Shown here one piece after another: positions 29,783 to 39,750 of a stretch of DNA of 64,000 nucleotides. Both the position numbers and the translations under genes were made by a program. The notes under the pieces were generated by a model. That model saw only the letters and a list, made by a program, of their open reading frames with translations, searched no databases and had not been told where the DNA came from. This stretch comes from a virus. The stretch is from IMG/VR virus record IMGVR_UViG_3300020112_001619. One strand, 5' to 3'. Position 1 is the first letter of the stretch; every line of letters starts with the position of its first letter.

Positions 29783-30388
29783 ATGCACATGGCAACAAAC
29801 GTAGTAAAATTAACAAATTTTAAAAACGACAATTTATCAGAACAAATAGCAATACAAAGAGTTACAGGTTATGCAGGTAACAAATATGATAAAAGCTATC
29901 GACCTATGCGTCAGACAACAACAGTTGAAAGAATTGCAAAAAATGAACAGCCAAGAAGACCTAGAAGAAAGAAACTTACAAAAGCTCAAAAATTTTGGAG
30001 AGCATGGGGCGAAACAATCAAAGCTGTAGCTATTATTGCAATCATTGTTACATCTGTTGTGATTACCACAATTAAAATTTGTAATTTCAAAAACAATAAC
30101 CGTATGCGTGATTATGGTAGAGATAAAGTATTCACAACATATACGGTGAAACACGGAGACACAGTTTGGAGCATCTCTAGAGATATGTGTATCTTAAATC
30201 CTGAATATCCAAATACAGGCAAATATGCAGCTGAAATTATGAATTCAAACCATTTAAATTATAATGGTGATATCAAATCAGGAGATATGCTCATTCTTCC
30301 ATATTTCGTAAATTTTGACGAAAACACAGGTGATATCTACGAAAAATATGGAATTGATCCAAACAGACATCTTGATAAAGATAACTAA
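29783..30388 (+). CDS. membrane-anchored LysM domain protein
   Basis: One TM helix (AVAIIAIIVTSVVITTI). C-terminal LysM (YTVKHGDTVWSISRDM...GDIKSGDMLILP). Alternative ATG at 29789 has better ribosome-binding-site spacing. Confidence 0.6.
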   Translation: MHMATNVVKLTNFKNDNLSEQIAIQRVTGYAGNKYDKSYRPMRQTTTVERIAKNEQPRRPRRKKLTKAQKFWRAWGETIKAVAIIAIIVTSVVITTIKICNFKNNNRMRDYGRDKVFTTYTVKHGDTVWSISRDMCILNPEYPNTGKYAAEIMNSNHLNYNGDIKSGDMLILPYFVNFDENTGDIYEKYGIDPNRHLDKDN

Positions 30389-30409
30389 AAATAGGAGGCC
30401 ATTTAGTCT

Positions 30410-31792
30410 ATGATTAACTATAATTTCCCAAAAAGTTATGACACATTAAATGATGATCAAAAACTTATATTCAATATGTTGGTCAATGGATTAAATTCTA
30501 ACCAGCATTTCTTTTTAACAGGTAATGCCGGAGTAGGAAAAAGTTATCTAATCAATACATTTTCTGAATTTTGTGCATTAAATAATATAAACATTGTGAA
30601 GACTGCTCCAACAGGAGTAGCTGCAACAAATGTTTACGGCGTAACATTGCATAAACAGTTCAAACTGCCATTATCAGTACTTGATGAGACACTTACCGGA
30701 TCACAATTTGCAAATATCCGACGAATAATTCAATACATCGATATTTTACTAATTGAAGAAATATCAATGTGTAGAATTGACATTTTTGATAATGTTATAA
30801 AAAACATACAAGAAGCAAATAAAGTACGATTAAAATCAGGCAAACAACCAATTATGATTATTGTTGCTGGCGATTTTGGACAATTACAACCAGTCGTAAC
30901 AGATCAGGATAGAATCAATTACGCAAAGCTAACTGGTAAAGACATTGGAAATGGCTGTTGCTACAATTCGCATTATTGGACAGATCTTAATTTCATACCT
31001 TTAATGCTCACACAGGCAATGAGACAATCTGATGTAAAATTCTGCTCAGCTTTAGACAATATCAAAATTGGACTAAAACAAGACATTAATTACTTAAATG
31101 CAAATTCAGCAAATGCTGCAATACCAGATGGTATTTGGTTATGCGGTTATAACAACACAGCCGATGAGAAAAACGCATTAGGTATCTATAACTTACCAGG
31201 TGACTTACACACATCAACAGCTATTGTATCAGGAAAAGCAAACATTAAACATTCAAGTTTCGCTGAAAGCATTCCTTACAAATTAAATGCTCGAGTTATG
31301 ATGTGCATGAACGATCGAAACACACCACAAAGATATCATAACGGTGCTTTAGGAACAATCGTGGCTATCGCTAGTCCAAACATGGTAATAGTGGAGCTTG
31401 ACTCTGGTGCAACGATCAATGTTGAAAAATTTAGATTACCATTTTACGAATACAATGTCGTAAATGGAAAAATAGTACAAAATGAAGTTGGAAGCATAAC
31501 ACAATTCCCATTCAAAATCGGTTATGCTATTACAATTCATAAATCTCAGGGACAAACATATGACAAAATGAATCTTGTTCCTGAAATCTTTATAGCAGGA
31601 CAATTATATGTAGCACTTTCTAGATGTAAAGATTTATCAAAAATCTACATTCAGCCTGATAAATTTGGTCAAAAAATCACAGAAAAGAAAATCATGCCAA
31701 ATATGGAAATCGTAAAATTCATAATCAATATTGATAAAGAATACAACGACTATAAAAAGTATTTCTTATCAACAGTTGGATTCACTAATTAA
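30410..31792 (+). CDS. PIF1/RecD-like SF1 helicase
   Basis: Walker A LTGNAGVGKSYLI, DEISM Walker B (LLIEEISMC), and C-terminal ITIHKSQGQTYD...LYVALSRCK motifs typical of the Pif1/RecD2 family. Confidence 0.75.
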   Translation: MINYNFPKSYDTLNDDQKLIFNMLVNGLNSNQHFFLTGNAGVGKSYLINTFSEFCALNNINIVKTAPTGVAATNVYGVTLHKQFKLPLSVLDETLTGSQFANIRRIIQYIDILLIEEISMCRIDIFDNVIKNIQEANKVRLKSGKQPIMIIVAGDFGQLQPVVTDQDRINYAKLTGKDIGNGCCYNSHYWTDLNFIPLMLTQAMRQSDVKFCSALDNIKIGLKQDINYLNANSANAAIPDGIWLCGYNNTADEKNALGIYNLPGDLHTSTAIVSGKANIKHSSFAESIPYKLNARVMMCMNDRNTPQRYHNGALGTIVAIASPNMVIVELDSGATINVEKFRLPFYEYNVVNGKIVQNEVGSITQFPFKIGYAITIHKSQGQTYDKMNLVPEIFIAGQLYVALSRCKDLSKIYIQPDKFGQKITEKKIMPNMEIVKFIINIDKEYNDYKKYFLSTVGFTN

Positions 31793-31808
31793 TATTGGAG
31801 GTAAACAC

Positions 31809-32108
31809 ATGCGAAAAAACTCAAGAATGCATATTAGTGCTGAAGTAATAGCAACAATAGTGGTAATCGCTATAATAGCAATACCTGTATTAGCAACAAT
31901 GCTATATAAAAGTGTTGCAGGTAACAGAGTTTTTATTGACACAACTTACAAATATGAATCGGCAATCGTAAGGTTGCCAGACGATACCATTATTGAAGGC
32001 CCAGTTACAAAATGGTCAGATTATGAAGATGGTGATCAAATACAAGTTGAAATTGAAGGTGTTACATATTTAGTACATGCTTCAAACATAGTATTAAAAA
32101 CAAAATAA
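31809..32108 (+). CDS. NfeD-like short membrane protein (TM plus OB-fold beta domain)
   Basis: N-terminal TM helix, then GPVTKWSDYEDGDQIQVEIEGVTYLVHASNIVL resembling the NfeD C-terminal beta-barrel. First gene of the SPFH operon. Confidence 0.4.
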   Translation: MRKNSRMHISAEVIATIVVIAIIAIPVLATMLYKSVAGNRVFIDTTYKYESAIVRLPDDTIIEGPVTKWSDYEDGDQIQVEIEGVTYLVHASNIVLKTK

Positions 32109-32125
32109 ATAAAGGAGTATAGCCT

Positions 32126-32557
32126 ATGGATTTAATATTGGTGTATCTAATAACCTATATTGTGGGATTTGCAATCATATTTGCAACATCTATGGCTATT
32201 GTAAAACGCACATACAATGCATCAGCACTATTATTAGGAATATTAGCAGCTTTTATAGTACCGTTAATTTTTGAAATAATATTATTCAAAGCGTTTGAAA
32301 CACATAGTGATGAAGGCACAATCATAGGTTCTTACAACTTAGTAAAAAGTGAATATATAATCCCACAATCATCAGGTTCACATATTCAGATCATCTATGA
32401 TTGTGATGGAGTATATAAAAGTAGTGATCTTCAAAATAAAAAAGTATTACATGATGATGGTGAATCCAGAATCGTTCTAATCGAAAAACGATGGGGATTT
32501 TTAACAAATACTATTGAAGAATACTACATAAATGATGTTAATAACGGAGGAGAATAA
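32126..32557 (+). CDS. NfeD-like membrane protein
   Basis: Two or three N-terminal TM helices plus a soluble beta-rich C-terminal domain. Immediately upstream of the SPFH pair. Confidence 0.4.
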   Translation: MDLILVYLITYIVGFAIIFATSMAIVKRTYNASALLLGILAAFIVPLIFEIILFKAFETHSDEGTIIGSYNLVKSEYIIPQSSGSHIQIIYDCDGVYKSSDLQNKKVLHDDGESRIVLIEKRWGFLTNTIEEYYINDVNNGGE

Positions 32558-32559
32558 AA

Positions 32560-33543
32560 ATGTACTCAGAAGACGTTAAATTTGCCAGAACAATTATCAA
32601 TATTGTTTGTGGCGTAATTCTTGGACTTTTTGTTATTATCTGCATTGCCAGATGTTTATTTCAGGTAAGGGAAACCGAATCAGTAGTTGTTACAAATTTT
32701 GGTGTACCTAGACTTGTTGAAGAAAAAGGTTTGCAGACAAAGAAACCTTGGGAGAAAAAGACCAGAGTTGATACAACTGTTAAAAGTTTATCTGTTGGAT
32801 ATTATCAGGATCAGGAATCGGGTGAATATCACGAAATTCCTTCTGAATCAATCATGATTACATCTGATTTTAACCTGTTAGATATTGATTTCGATATTCA
32901 GTATCGTGTCAGTGATCCTATTCAGTATTTATATGCATCAGATGATCCTGATACAATTCTTAAAAATATTGCGATGTCAAGCATTAGAAGTGTAGTGTCA
33001 GCATACTCTGTAGATAGCGCTATTACTACAGGTAAATCAGGTATTCAGGCTGCTGTTAAACAGTCAATTATTGATGAACTCAACGAAAGTAACATTGGAA
33101 TTACTCTTGTAGATGCTGTAATCCAGGACGTAGAACCACCTACAGTAGAAGTAAACAATGCATTTAAAGAAGTAGAAACAGCTAAGCAGGGTAAAGAATC
33201 TGCACTCAATGAAGCACGAGCATATCAGAATCAGGAAATTCCTAAGGCTGAAGCTGATGCAGATAAGATTGTTCAGGAAGCTGAGGCTACAAAAGCAGCA
33301 CGTATCAATGAAGCAAATGCTGAAGTTGCTGCACTTAATGCGAAATTTGAAGAATACAAGAGATATCCTCTAATCACTAAGCAGAGAATGTTCTATGAAA
33401 CAATGCAGAAAGTACTTCCATCTGTACGAATCCTTATTGATACAGAAGGAGACGGTGTTTATAAGCATTATAGCTTAAGTGATTTAGAAAAAAATACTCA
33501 GAAAGTAACACCTATTATTGAAACTGACGGAGGCGAACAGTAA
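32560..33543 (+). CDS. SPFH/band-7 protein, HflK-like
   Basis: N-terminal TM, SPFH domain, and Ala/Glu-rich coiled coil (KAEADADKIVQEAEATKAARINEANAEVAALNAKF) typical of HflK. Confidence 0.7.
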   Translation: MYSEDVKFARTIINIVCGVILGLFVIICIARCLFQVRETESVVVTNFGVPRLVEEKGLQTKKPWEKKTRVDTTVKSLSVGYYQDQESGEYHEIPSESIMITSDFNLLDIDFDIQYRVSDPIQYLYASDDPDTILKNIAMSSIRSVVSAYSVDSAITTGKSGIQAAVKQSIIDELNESNIGITLVDAVIQDVEPPTVEVNNAFKEVETAKQGKESALNEARAYQNQEIPKAEADADKIVQEAEATKAARINEANAEVAALNAKFEEYKRYPLITKQRMFYETMQKVLPSVRILIDTEGDGVYKHYSLSDLEKNTQKVTPIIETDGGEQ

Positions 33544-34538
33544 TGTCAAACGAAACAAAAGTTAAATTCAGACTGCCACTTCTGGTATGGATTATTATTA
33601 TCGGTATTATTGGTGCAATCATCTTTTCAATGTGCACATATACAACAAAAGCTGATGAATATGCTGTTAAATATCAATTCGGTAAAATTGTCGATATTGA
33701 AACTGAACCAGGCTTAAAGACAAAGACACCTTTCATTCAGTCAATCAAAAAGATCAAAAAGCCATCTCGTCTTTATGACTTAAGTGCTTCAGAAGTCATT
33801 ACTTCAGATAAGAAGAACATGATTATTGATGCTTTTGTTGTTTGGCAGATTAATGATCCTAAGATTTTCACATCATCACTTAATGCATCTGATACAACAG
33901 CACAGTCTCGACTTGACACAATTGTATTCAATGCAATTAAAACAACAGTCTCTAGTATGACTCAGGACGAAGTAATTGCATCAAGAAATGGTACAAAAGA
34001 TATTGAAGTTGTAGAAACAACACTTGATGATGTAACACTTCAGGAAGCAGCTACTACCGATGAAACAAAAGACGTAAAAATTATTTCTATTTCAGATAAA
34101 TTAATGGCTGCTATTGGTAATCAGTGTGATCAGTATGGTATTAAGGTCACAAATATTGAAATTAAGATTTTGGACCTTCCTGATGAAAATAAAAATGCTG
34201 TATATAATCGAATGATTACTGAAAGAAAGAATATTGCAACAGCATATACAGCTCAGGGTCAGTCTGAAGCTCAGAAGATCAAGAATGATACTGATAAGCA
34301 GACATCAATCATGCGATCAGAAGCTGATGCCACAAAGGCTAAAACAATTGCTGAAGGTGAAGCTGAATACATGAGGATTCTTGCAAGTACATACAATAAT
34401 CCAGAAAAGGCAGATTTCTATCTGTACACAATGGAGCTTGATACATTGAGAGAATCACTATTAAAAAATCCATATGACAATGTTCTTATTATTGATAAGA
34501 ATAGTCCATTTGCTTCATTGTTTAATGGTATTGAATAA
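33543..34538 (+). CDS. SPFH/band-7 protein, HflC-like
   Basis: N-terminal TM, SPFH domain and coiled coil. Translationally coupled to the upstream HflK-like gene (ATG overlaps its TAA). Confidence 0.7.
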   Translation: MSNETKVKFRLPLLVWIIIIGIIGAIIFSMCTYTTKADEYAVKYQFGKIVDIETEPGLKTKTPFIQSIKKIKKPSRLYDLSASEVITSDKKNMIIDAFVVWQINDPKIFTSSLNASDTTAQSRLDTIVFNAIKTTVSSMTQDEVIASRNGTKDIEVVETTLDDVTLQEAATTDETKDVKIISISDKLMAAIGNQCDQYGIKVTNIEIKILDLPDENKNAVYNRMITERKNIATAYTAQGQSEAQKIKNDTDKQTSIMRSEADATKAKTIAEGEAEYMRILASTYNNPEKADFYLYTMELDTLRESLLKNPYDNVLIIDKNSPFASLFNGIE

Positions 34539-34613
34539 CAATATATTTCAGGACTATGAGATGATCTTATAGTCCTGAATGATTATAATACTTAAACAGA
34601 AAGGAATTCATGT

Positions 34614-34856
34614 ATGACAACACCTTTTAGTATTGATTTAAACACAAATGAAAACAAAAAGCTTATAAAGGCTTTGCTTGATGCAATCGCACTTGATAAA
34701 GCACCATATCAGCTTGGCTCCAATACATTAGAAGATGCTGCAACTCTTAGATCAAAACTAGAATATGAAAGTTTCTGTATAAATCATGAAGTCCTTTATG
34801 AAGATATGACAGAAGACGATTTTGAACAAGCATATTATGAGAATTATACAGCATAA
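34614..34856 (+). CDS. hypothetical protein
   Basis: ORF with AAAGGA ribosome-binding site. Confidence 0.4.
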   Translation: MTTPFSIDLNTNENKKLIKALLDAIALDKAPYQLGSNTLEDAATLRSKLEYESFCINHEVLYEDMTEDDFEQAYYENYTA

Positions 34857-34868
34857 GGAGTGATAGAT

Positions 34869-35180
34869 ATGGATATTGGTCACAAAAGATTCATACGTAA
34901 GAAATACGAAGATGAATCGCATAATACCGCAATTATCGCTATTGACGATGATACAAATGAAGAAACAATCATCAGTACCAATTTATCTCATTGCGGGATA
35001 TATCTTTCAGAAGATTCCTTCGTTGTCGATCAAACAATTCTCGACAATAACGAAGATTTTATAAGAGCATTTGCTCTTGCATTTTGCGATATGTCTAAAA
35101 TCAAAGCAATTCGTGTCGGAAGCTACGATACGATCATCTTAACGTTGAATGATATCAACGAAATTGAAATGATTGCCTAA
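34869..35180 (+). CDS. hypothetical protein
   Basis: ATG at 34869, eight nucleotides after AAGGAG (ORF track GTG at 34860 lies in the ribosome-binding site). Confidence 0.4.
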   Translation: MDIGHKRFIRKKYEDESHNTAIIAIDDDTNEETIISTNLSHCGIYLSEDSFVVDQTILDNNEDFIRAFALAFCDMSKIKAIRVGSYDTIILTLNDINEIEMIA

Positions 35181-35229
35181 TCATATTGCAAAATTACAAA
35201 ATTAGTTTAGAATAGGAGAAAATCTAATC

Positions 35230-35850
35230 ATGGAAACACCAATTTACGGATCTGCTATGCCACATAGCGCAAATCTTGTACCAACTGTAATCGAACAGAC
35301 AAATAAGGGAGAAAGAGCATTTGATATCTTTTCCAGACTCAATAAAGAAAGAATCATCTTTTTAACTGGTGAAGTAAACGATGCTATGGCTAGTATCATT
35401 CAGGCACAGCTCTTGTTCCTTGAATCTGAAGATCCTGATAGTGATATTTACATTTATATCAACAGTCCTGGTGGATCAGTAACAGCCGGTATGGCTATTT
35501 ACGATACTATGAATTTCATCAAGCCTGATGTCGGTACAATTTGTACAGGACTTGCAGCATCTATGGGTGCATTCTTACTCTGTGCAGGAGCCGATGGAAA
35601 GAGAATCTGCTTACCAAATGCTGAAGTAATGATTCATCAGCCTTTAGGTGGATCTCAGGGACAGTGTACAGATATGCTTATTTCAGCAAGACATATTGAA
35701 AGAACAAGACATAAGCTTGAATCTATTATCGCTGCTAAGTCTGGAAAGACAATTGAAAAAGTTCATGAAGCATGTGAAAGAGATAATTGGCTTACTGCAG
35801 AAGAAGCAAAGGAATTCGGACTTATTGATGAAATCAAGGTTCATAGATAA
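35230..35850 (+). CDS. clpP: ATP-dependent Clp protease proteolytic subunit ClpP
   Basis: Catalytic triad context GLAASMGAF (Ser), MIHQP (His) and the Asp region. Typical length 206 aa. Confidence 0.9.
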   Translation: METPIYGSAMPHSANLVPTVIEQTNKGERAFDIFSRLNKERIIFLTGEVNDAMASIIQAQLLFLESEDPDSDIYIYINSPGGSVTAGMAIYDTMNFIKPDVGTICTGLAASMGAFLLCAGADGKRICLPNAEVMIHQPLGGSQGQCTDMLISARHIERTRHKLESIIAAKSGKTIEKVHEACERDNWLTAEEAKEFGLIDEIKVHR

Positions 35851-35973
35851 TCCATAAATCCAAAAATAAATAATCATTTATAATGGGCATAAACAATGAG
35901 TTTATGTCCATCAATAAGTGATTATTCACTTATATTCAAATATCAAAACCTAAACAAAAAGGAGAAACAGCTT

Positions 35974-37206
35974 ATGTGTATTATTTGTGGTAACAACACA
36001 AAAAATGACTTAAACATTAAAACATATCAGGGAGAAGTATTTAGTATTTGTCCTAGTTGCTTTGAAGGTATTTTAAGACAGCTTACAAAATCAAATATGA
36101 TCGGAATCCCTGTTTATGCTTCTGGTGATGAGGACGATGATTACGAAGATTTCTACTATGAAACAGACGAAGATTTTAAGAATGCACTTAAAAAGCTTAC
36201 TCCAAAGCAGATTAAGGCAATTTTAGATCAGTATGTTATTGGACAGGAAGATGCAAAAACTGTCGTATCTGTAGCAATCTATAATCACTACAAAAGAATC
36301 ATTCATGATAGAACAGATATTCAGAAGTCAAATATCTTAATGGTAGGACCAACTGGCGTAGGTAAGACTGAAATTGCCAGAACTATCGCAAAGATTTTAG
36401 ATGTACCATTCGTAATTGCAGATGCTACTACATTGACAGAAGCAGGTTACGTCGGTGATGATGTTGAAAACATCCTATTAAAGCTTCTTCAGGCCGCCGA
36501 TTTCGATACAGAAGCTGCTGAGCATGGTATCATCTACATAGACGAAATTGATAAAATCGCTCGTAAAGGTGAAAACGTATCAATCACTAGAGATGTATCT
36601 GGTGAAGGTGTACAGCAGGCACTACTTAAACTTATTGAAGGTGCAAAAGTAAACGTGCCAACTCATGCTGGTAGAAAGCATCCTAGAGAAGAATGTGTCG
36701 AGATCGATACATCAAATATCTTATTTATTTGTGGTGGTGCATTTGAATCACTTACAATGGATAAAACAAAACATAATTCTTTAGGTTTTGTGACACCTGA
36801 ATCTGAAGACAAAAAGAAAAAGATCGATGCTAAAGATCTTATGAAACAGGGGCTTATTCCTGAACTTATCGGAAGATTACCTATTGTCGTAAAACTTGAT
36901 GAGTTATCAGAAAATGACTTAAAGCGTATCTTAGTTGAGCCAAAAAATAGCATCTTAAAGCAGTACACTCAGCTCATTGAACTTGATGATGTAAAGCTTA
37001 CAGTTGATGATTCAGCAATTGATTTTATTGCTAATAAGGCATACACAAATGAAACTGGTGCCAGAGGTTTAAAAGCTATCATGGAAGACTTCATGACTGA
37101 AATCATGTTTGAGATTCCAGATGACATGACCGTTGGTGAAATCATTTTAACAGCCAATGAAGATAACACAGAACTTACTTATAAGAGAATTGAAAGAGTA
37201 GCTTAA
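35974..37206 (+). CDS. clpX: ATP-dependent Clp protease ATP-binding subunit ClpX
   Basis: N-terminal C4 zinc finger (CIICGN...CPSCF), Walker [25 protein letters not shown] motif. ATG at 35974 with GGAG ribosome-binding site (track start 35896 rejected). Confidence 0.9.
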   Translation: MCIICGNNTKNDLNIKTYQGEVFSICPSCFEGILRQLTKSNMIGIPVYASGDEDDDYEDFYYETDEDFKNALKKLTPKQIKAILDQYVIGQEDAKTVVSVAIYNHYKRIIHDRTDIQKSNILMVGPTGVGKTEIARTIAKILDVPFVIADATTLTEAGYVGDDVENILLKLLQAADFDTEAAEHGIIYIDEIDKIARKGENVSITRDVSGEGVQQALLKLIEGAKVNVPTHAGRKHPREECVEIDTSNILFICGGAFESLTMDKTKHNSLGFVTPESEDKKKKIDAKDLMKQGLIPELIGRLPIVVKLDELSENDLKRILVEPKNSILKQYTQLIELDDVKLTVDDSAIDFIANKAYTNETGARGLKAIMEDFMTEIMFEIPDDMTVGEIILTANEDNTELTYKRIERVA

Positions 37207-37268
37207 GAAACTATCTTTTAAATTATTCACATCAATCCTAATAATTTAGCTATATATAGCAAAACACT

Positions 37269-37297
37269 TGATGTATCGTCAAAAAAATGCTATAATA
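37269..37297 (+). promoter_or_regulatory. sigma-70-type promoter (TTGATG-17-TATAAT)
   Basis: TTGATG, 17-nt spacer, TATAAT, read upstream of the 37332 gene. Confidence 0.5.
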
Positions 37298-37331
37298 TAA
37301 TTAGAAAGAAATGGAAAGGAGATGCGTACTT

Positions 37332-37619
37332 ATGAGTGGTTTTTGGGAATCGCAGGCTGGTGTTGATACCGGCATAGCTATCCAAGAACTCGCCAAAGCA
37401 ACTAACAGAAGCAAAGCCACCAAATATGAGACAGAAATGCACATTAAGACTTTCGTCTTCAAATATGACTTCTCTCTTGACACAGGTAGCATCACTAATG
37501 CTGATAAGACGCTTGACGAATTCATCAAGGATAAACTTGTAATTGATCTAAAAGTCAACAGACTTGATGAGGAACATATTGCATACGTAGTTATGTACAA
37601 ATATGCACCTAAAAAATAA
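37332..37619 (+). CDS. hypothetical protein
   Basis: ATG at 37332, ten nucleotides after GGAG. Confidence 0.4.
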   Translation: MSGFWESQAGVDTGIAIQELAKATNRSKATKYETEMHIKTFVFKYDFSLDTGSITNADKTLDEFIKDKLVIDLKVNRLDEEHIAYVVMYKYAPKK

Positions 37620-37703
37620 ACAGATCAAAATATAAAGACTCACAATCTTAATCGTAACAAATTAGGCTGTGAGTCTTTACTATTAATAGGAGACTTAACT
37701 AAA

Positions 37704-38198
37704 ATGGATGACACATTTAAACTACTAGTAGTTGGATCAAGATCAATTAGAGATTATGATCTAATAAAAAAAGAATTAGATAAAATAATCGATAATCGTG
37801 TACCATTTGATCAAATTGAAATTGTAAGTGGTGGTGCAAATGGTGTTGATTCTTTAGTCCGTAAATATGCCCTAGATAACGGGTGCCAATATAGAGAATG
37901 TCTTGCTCAATGGCGTAGATATGGACGATCAGCTGGATATAGACGTAATTTCGACATGCATAAATACATTGCTGAGAGTAAATATAGAGCATGCGTTGCA
38001 TTTTGGGATGGTGTCAGTTCTGGTACAAAACATAATTTTGAACTGGCTGATCAATTCAAAAATCCATTAAAAATAATTCGTATAAATATCGGCCAGGCAT
38101 CTATAGAAGAATACATAATACCTGATGTAGCTGAAATAACTGAAAACGAATATGCTATTGAACAAGGTAATGCTAAAATTAACATATTAGCAAAATAA
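37704..38198 (+). CDS. SLOG/DprA-like Rossmann-fold protein (DUF2493-like)
   Basis: VVGSRSIRDY...EIVSGGANGVDSLVRKYAL...YRRNFDM...AFWDGVSSGT matches the DprA/Smf-type GxR...SGGAxGxD...RN...FWDG pattern. Confidence 0.5.
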   Translation: MDDTFKLLVVGSRSIRDYDLIKKELDKIIDNRVPFDQIEIVSGGANGVDSLVRKYALDNGCQYRECLAQWRRYGRSAGYRRNFDMHKYIAESKYRACVAFWDGVSSGTKHNFELADQFKNPLKIIRINIGQASIEEYIIPDVAEITENEYAIEQGNAKINILAK

Positions 38199-38221
38199 CA
38201 TTAAATTATGCGTATAAGAAC

Positions 38222-38265
38222 AATCAGCTTTGTTTATCAACGCTGATTAAATGTTTCTTTTTATT
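38222..38265 (+). terminator. rho-independent terminator
   Basis: AATCAGC-(13 nt)-GCTGATT followed by AAATGTTTCTTTTTATT. Confidence 0.65.
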
Positions 38266-38596
38266 AGTGTGGATGGCAGACCGCTATATCTTGTATGGCC
38301 ATCATCGGAGTTTTTCGTATGCTAACTACATTGGTGTTTTTCTCCGACTCATATCGTACAAGACACTTTAATGTAACATCTCCTGCGACAGTGGCAGCAT
38401 ATTAGGAGTGAGAGATTACAGATATGCTTCCTTTCTAAAAAAATTCATAAAACATAAATACATTTTATTAAAAATCATGTGCAATTAGTCCAAAATAATA
38501 AAAACATATTGTTGTATAGCCTAACATGTGTTATTGTATGAATATACACAACGTATATATTATATATAACAAAATTAAGAAGGAAGGTTTATACAA

Positions 38597-39208
38597 ATGT
38601 TAAGTGGACTTAAAAGCTATGACAAACTACAAGCTATGGTTGGTAAAAAAGAGACAAAAGCTAAATCAGTATCAATCATAGAATCAAAAACAAACGCCTT
38701 AATCAGAGCAATGGAACAAGATAACTTCCAATACTTTGATGGCGATCCAGAAAACGCAAGAATTGCCTTAAATACTTGTTATGACACAATTCGTGAGCAT
38801 GCTCAATCATTATCAAAAAGAAATGATAGAAGTAATGTCAATGAATCATTCAAAGAAGTATATCAAAGAACAGGAAACTCTGAAGGATTAGGAAATATCC
38901 AAACAGAAGAATCATCAGTAGAATCAAACATTGCAGAATCAAGAGTATATGCAAAAAACGCATTACAAAATTTAAACGCAATGTGTCGCCACTACAATAT
39001 TCCTGAATTTATGACGCAGGCTAATATGCAAAAAGGTGAAAATATTGATCAATTTGCAATTGCCTTCAATCAGAGGTATACTGATATTGAGAAGAGTGAC
39101 GAATTGTTCAAAGCATTTATGCAAGGTGGTAATACTAGAACACCTGAACTGTCAACCTCTGAATATCAGAATAATTATGATCAATCACCGAGAGGACCCG
39201 AAATATAA
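38597..39208 (+). CDS. hypothetical protein
   Basis: ORF with GAAGGAAGG ribosome-binding site. Confidence 0.45.
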   Translation: MLSGLKSYDKLQAMVGKKETKAKSVSIIESKTNALIRAMEQDNFQYFDGDPENARIALNTCYDTIREHAQSLSKRNDRSNVNESFKEVYQRTGNSEGLGNIQTEESSVESNIAESRVYAKNALQNLNAMCRHYNIPEFMTQANMQKGENIDQFAIAFNQRYTDIEKSDELFKAFMQGGNTRTPELSTSEYQNNYDQSPRGPEI

Positions 39209-39553
39209 ATGAATCCTGCGATCAGAAAAACAAACAATGCCGATAAAAGCTTATCGATAATAATTGAAAATGATTATTATAAAATAAGTGTTGTATATAC
39301 AGGTAATTATGATGATGATTTAAAAAACAATATGATTAATCAAGACAATATTGGTGTGTATATTATCCCATTTGATAAAAACTATCCTAAAATAAGATGT
39401 GTATATACAAATGTTGATAAACCAATTGATAAAATCATTACAGAAGGGTGTGTAGGCCCTGATACCGTAAATGCAATACATGCAGCTCAGGAAATGTTAA
39501 CATGTACAAAAACAATTATGAAACAATATTTTCCTGATATCTGGACAAATTAA
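39209..39553 (+). CDS. hypothetical protein
   Basis: ATG immediately follows the upstream stop. Confidence 0.4.
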   Translation: MNPAIRKTNNADKSLSIIIENDYYKISVVYTGNYDDDLKNNMINQDNIGVYIIPFDKNYPKIRCVYTNVDKPIDKIITEGCVGPDTVNAIHAAQEMLTCTKTIMKQYFPDIWTN

Positions 39554-39750
39554 AAAAAATCATAAGAGAGGTAACACATTATGGAAAAAATTTGGGGATA
39601 ACTATTATTAACTTAAATTAAAAAAATCATAAGAAAGGTATTACATTATGGAAAAAATTTGGGGATAACTATTATTAACTTAAATTAAAAAAATCATAAG
39701 AAAGGTATTACATTATGGAAGAAATTTGGGGCTAATTATTATTAACTTAA
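39549..39750 (+). repeat. three tandem direct repeats of 67-68 bp abutting the 5' end of the tmRNA gene
   Basis: Copies at 39549-39616, 39617-39683 and 39684-39750. Copy 2 is ATTAAAAAAATCATAAGAAAGGTATTACATTATGGAAAAAATTTGGGGATAACTATTATTAACTTAA. Each holds a Shine-Dalgarno-like GAAAGG plus the mini-ORF ATG GAA (A/G)AA ATT TGG GG(A/C) TAA. Confidence 0.9.

Noticed and set aside
39549-39750. The tandem 67-bp repeats considered as a CRISPR array
   Set aside because: Only three units, repeats directly abut each other with no unique spacers, and no cas genes. They are a plain tandem duplication.
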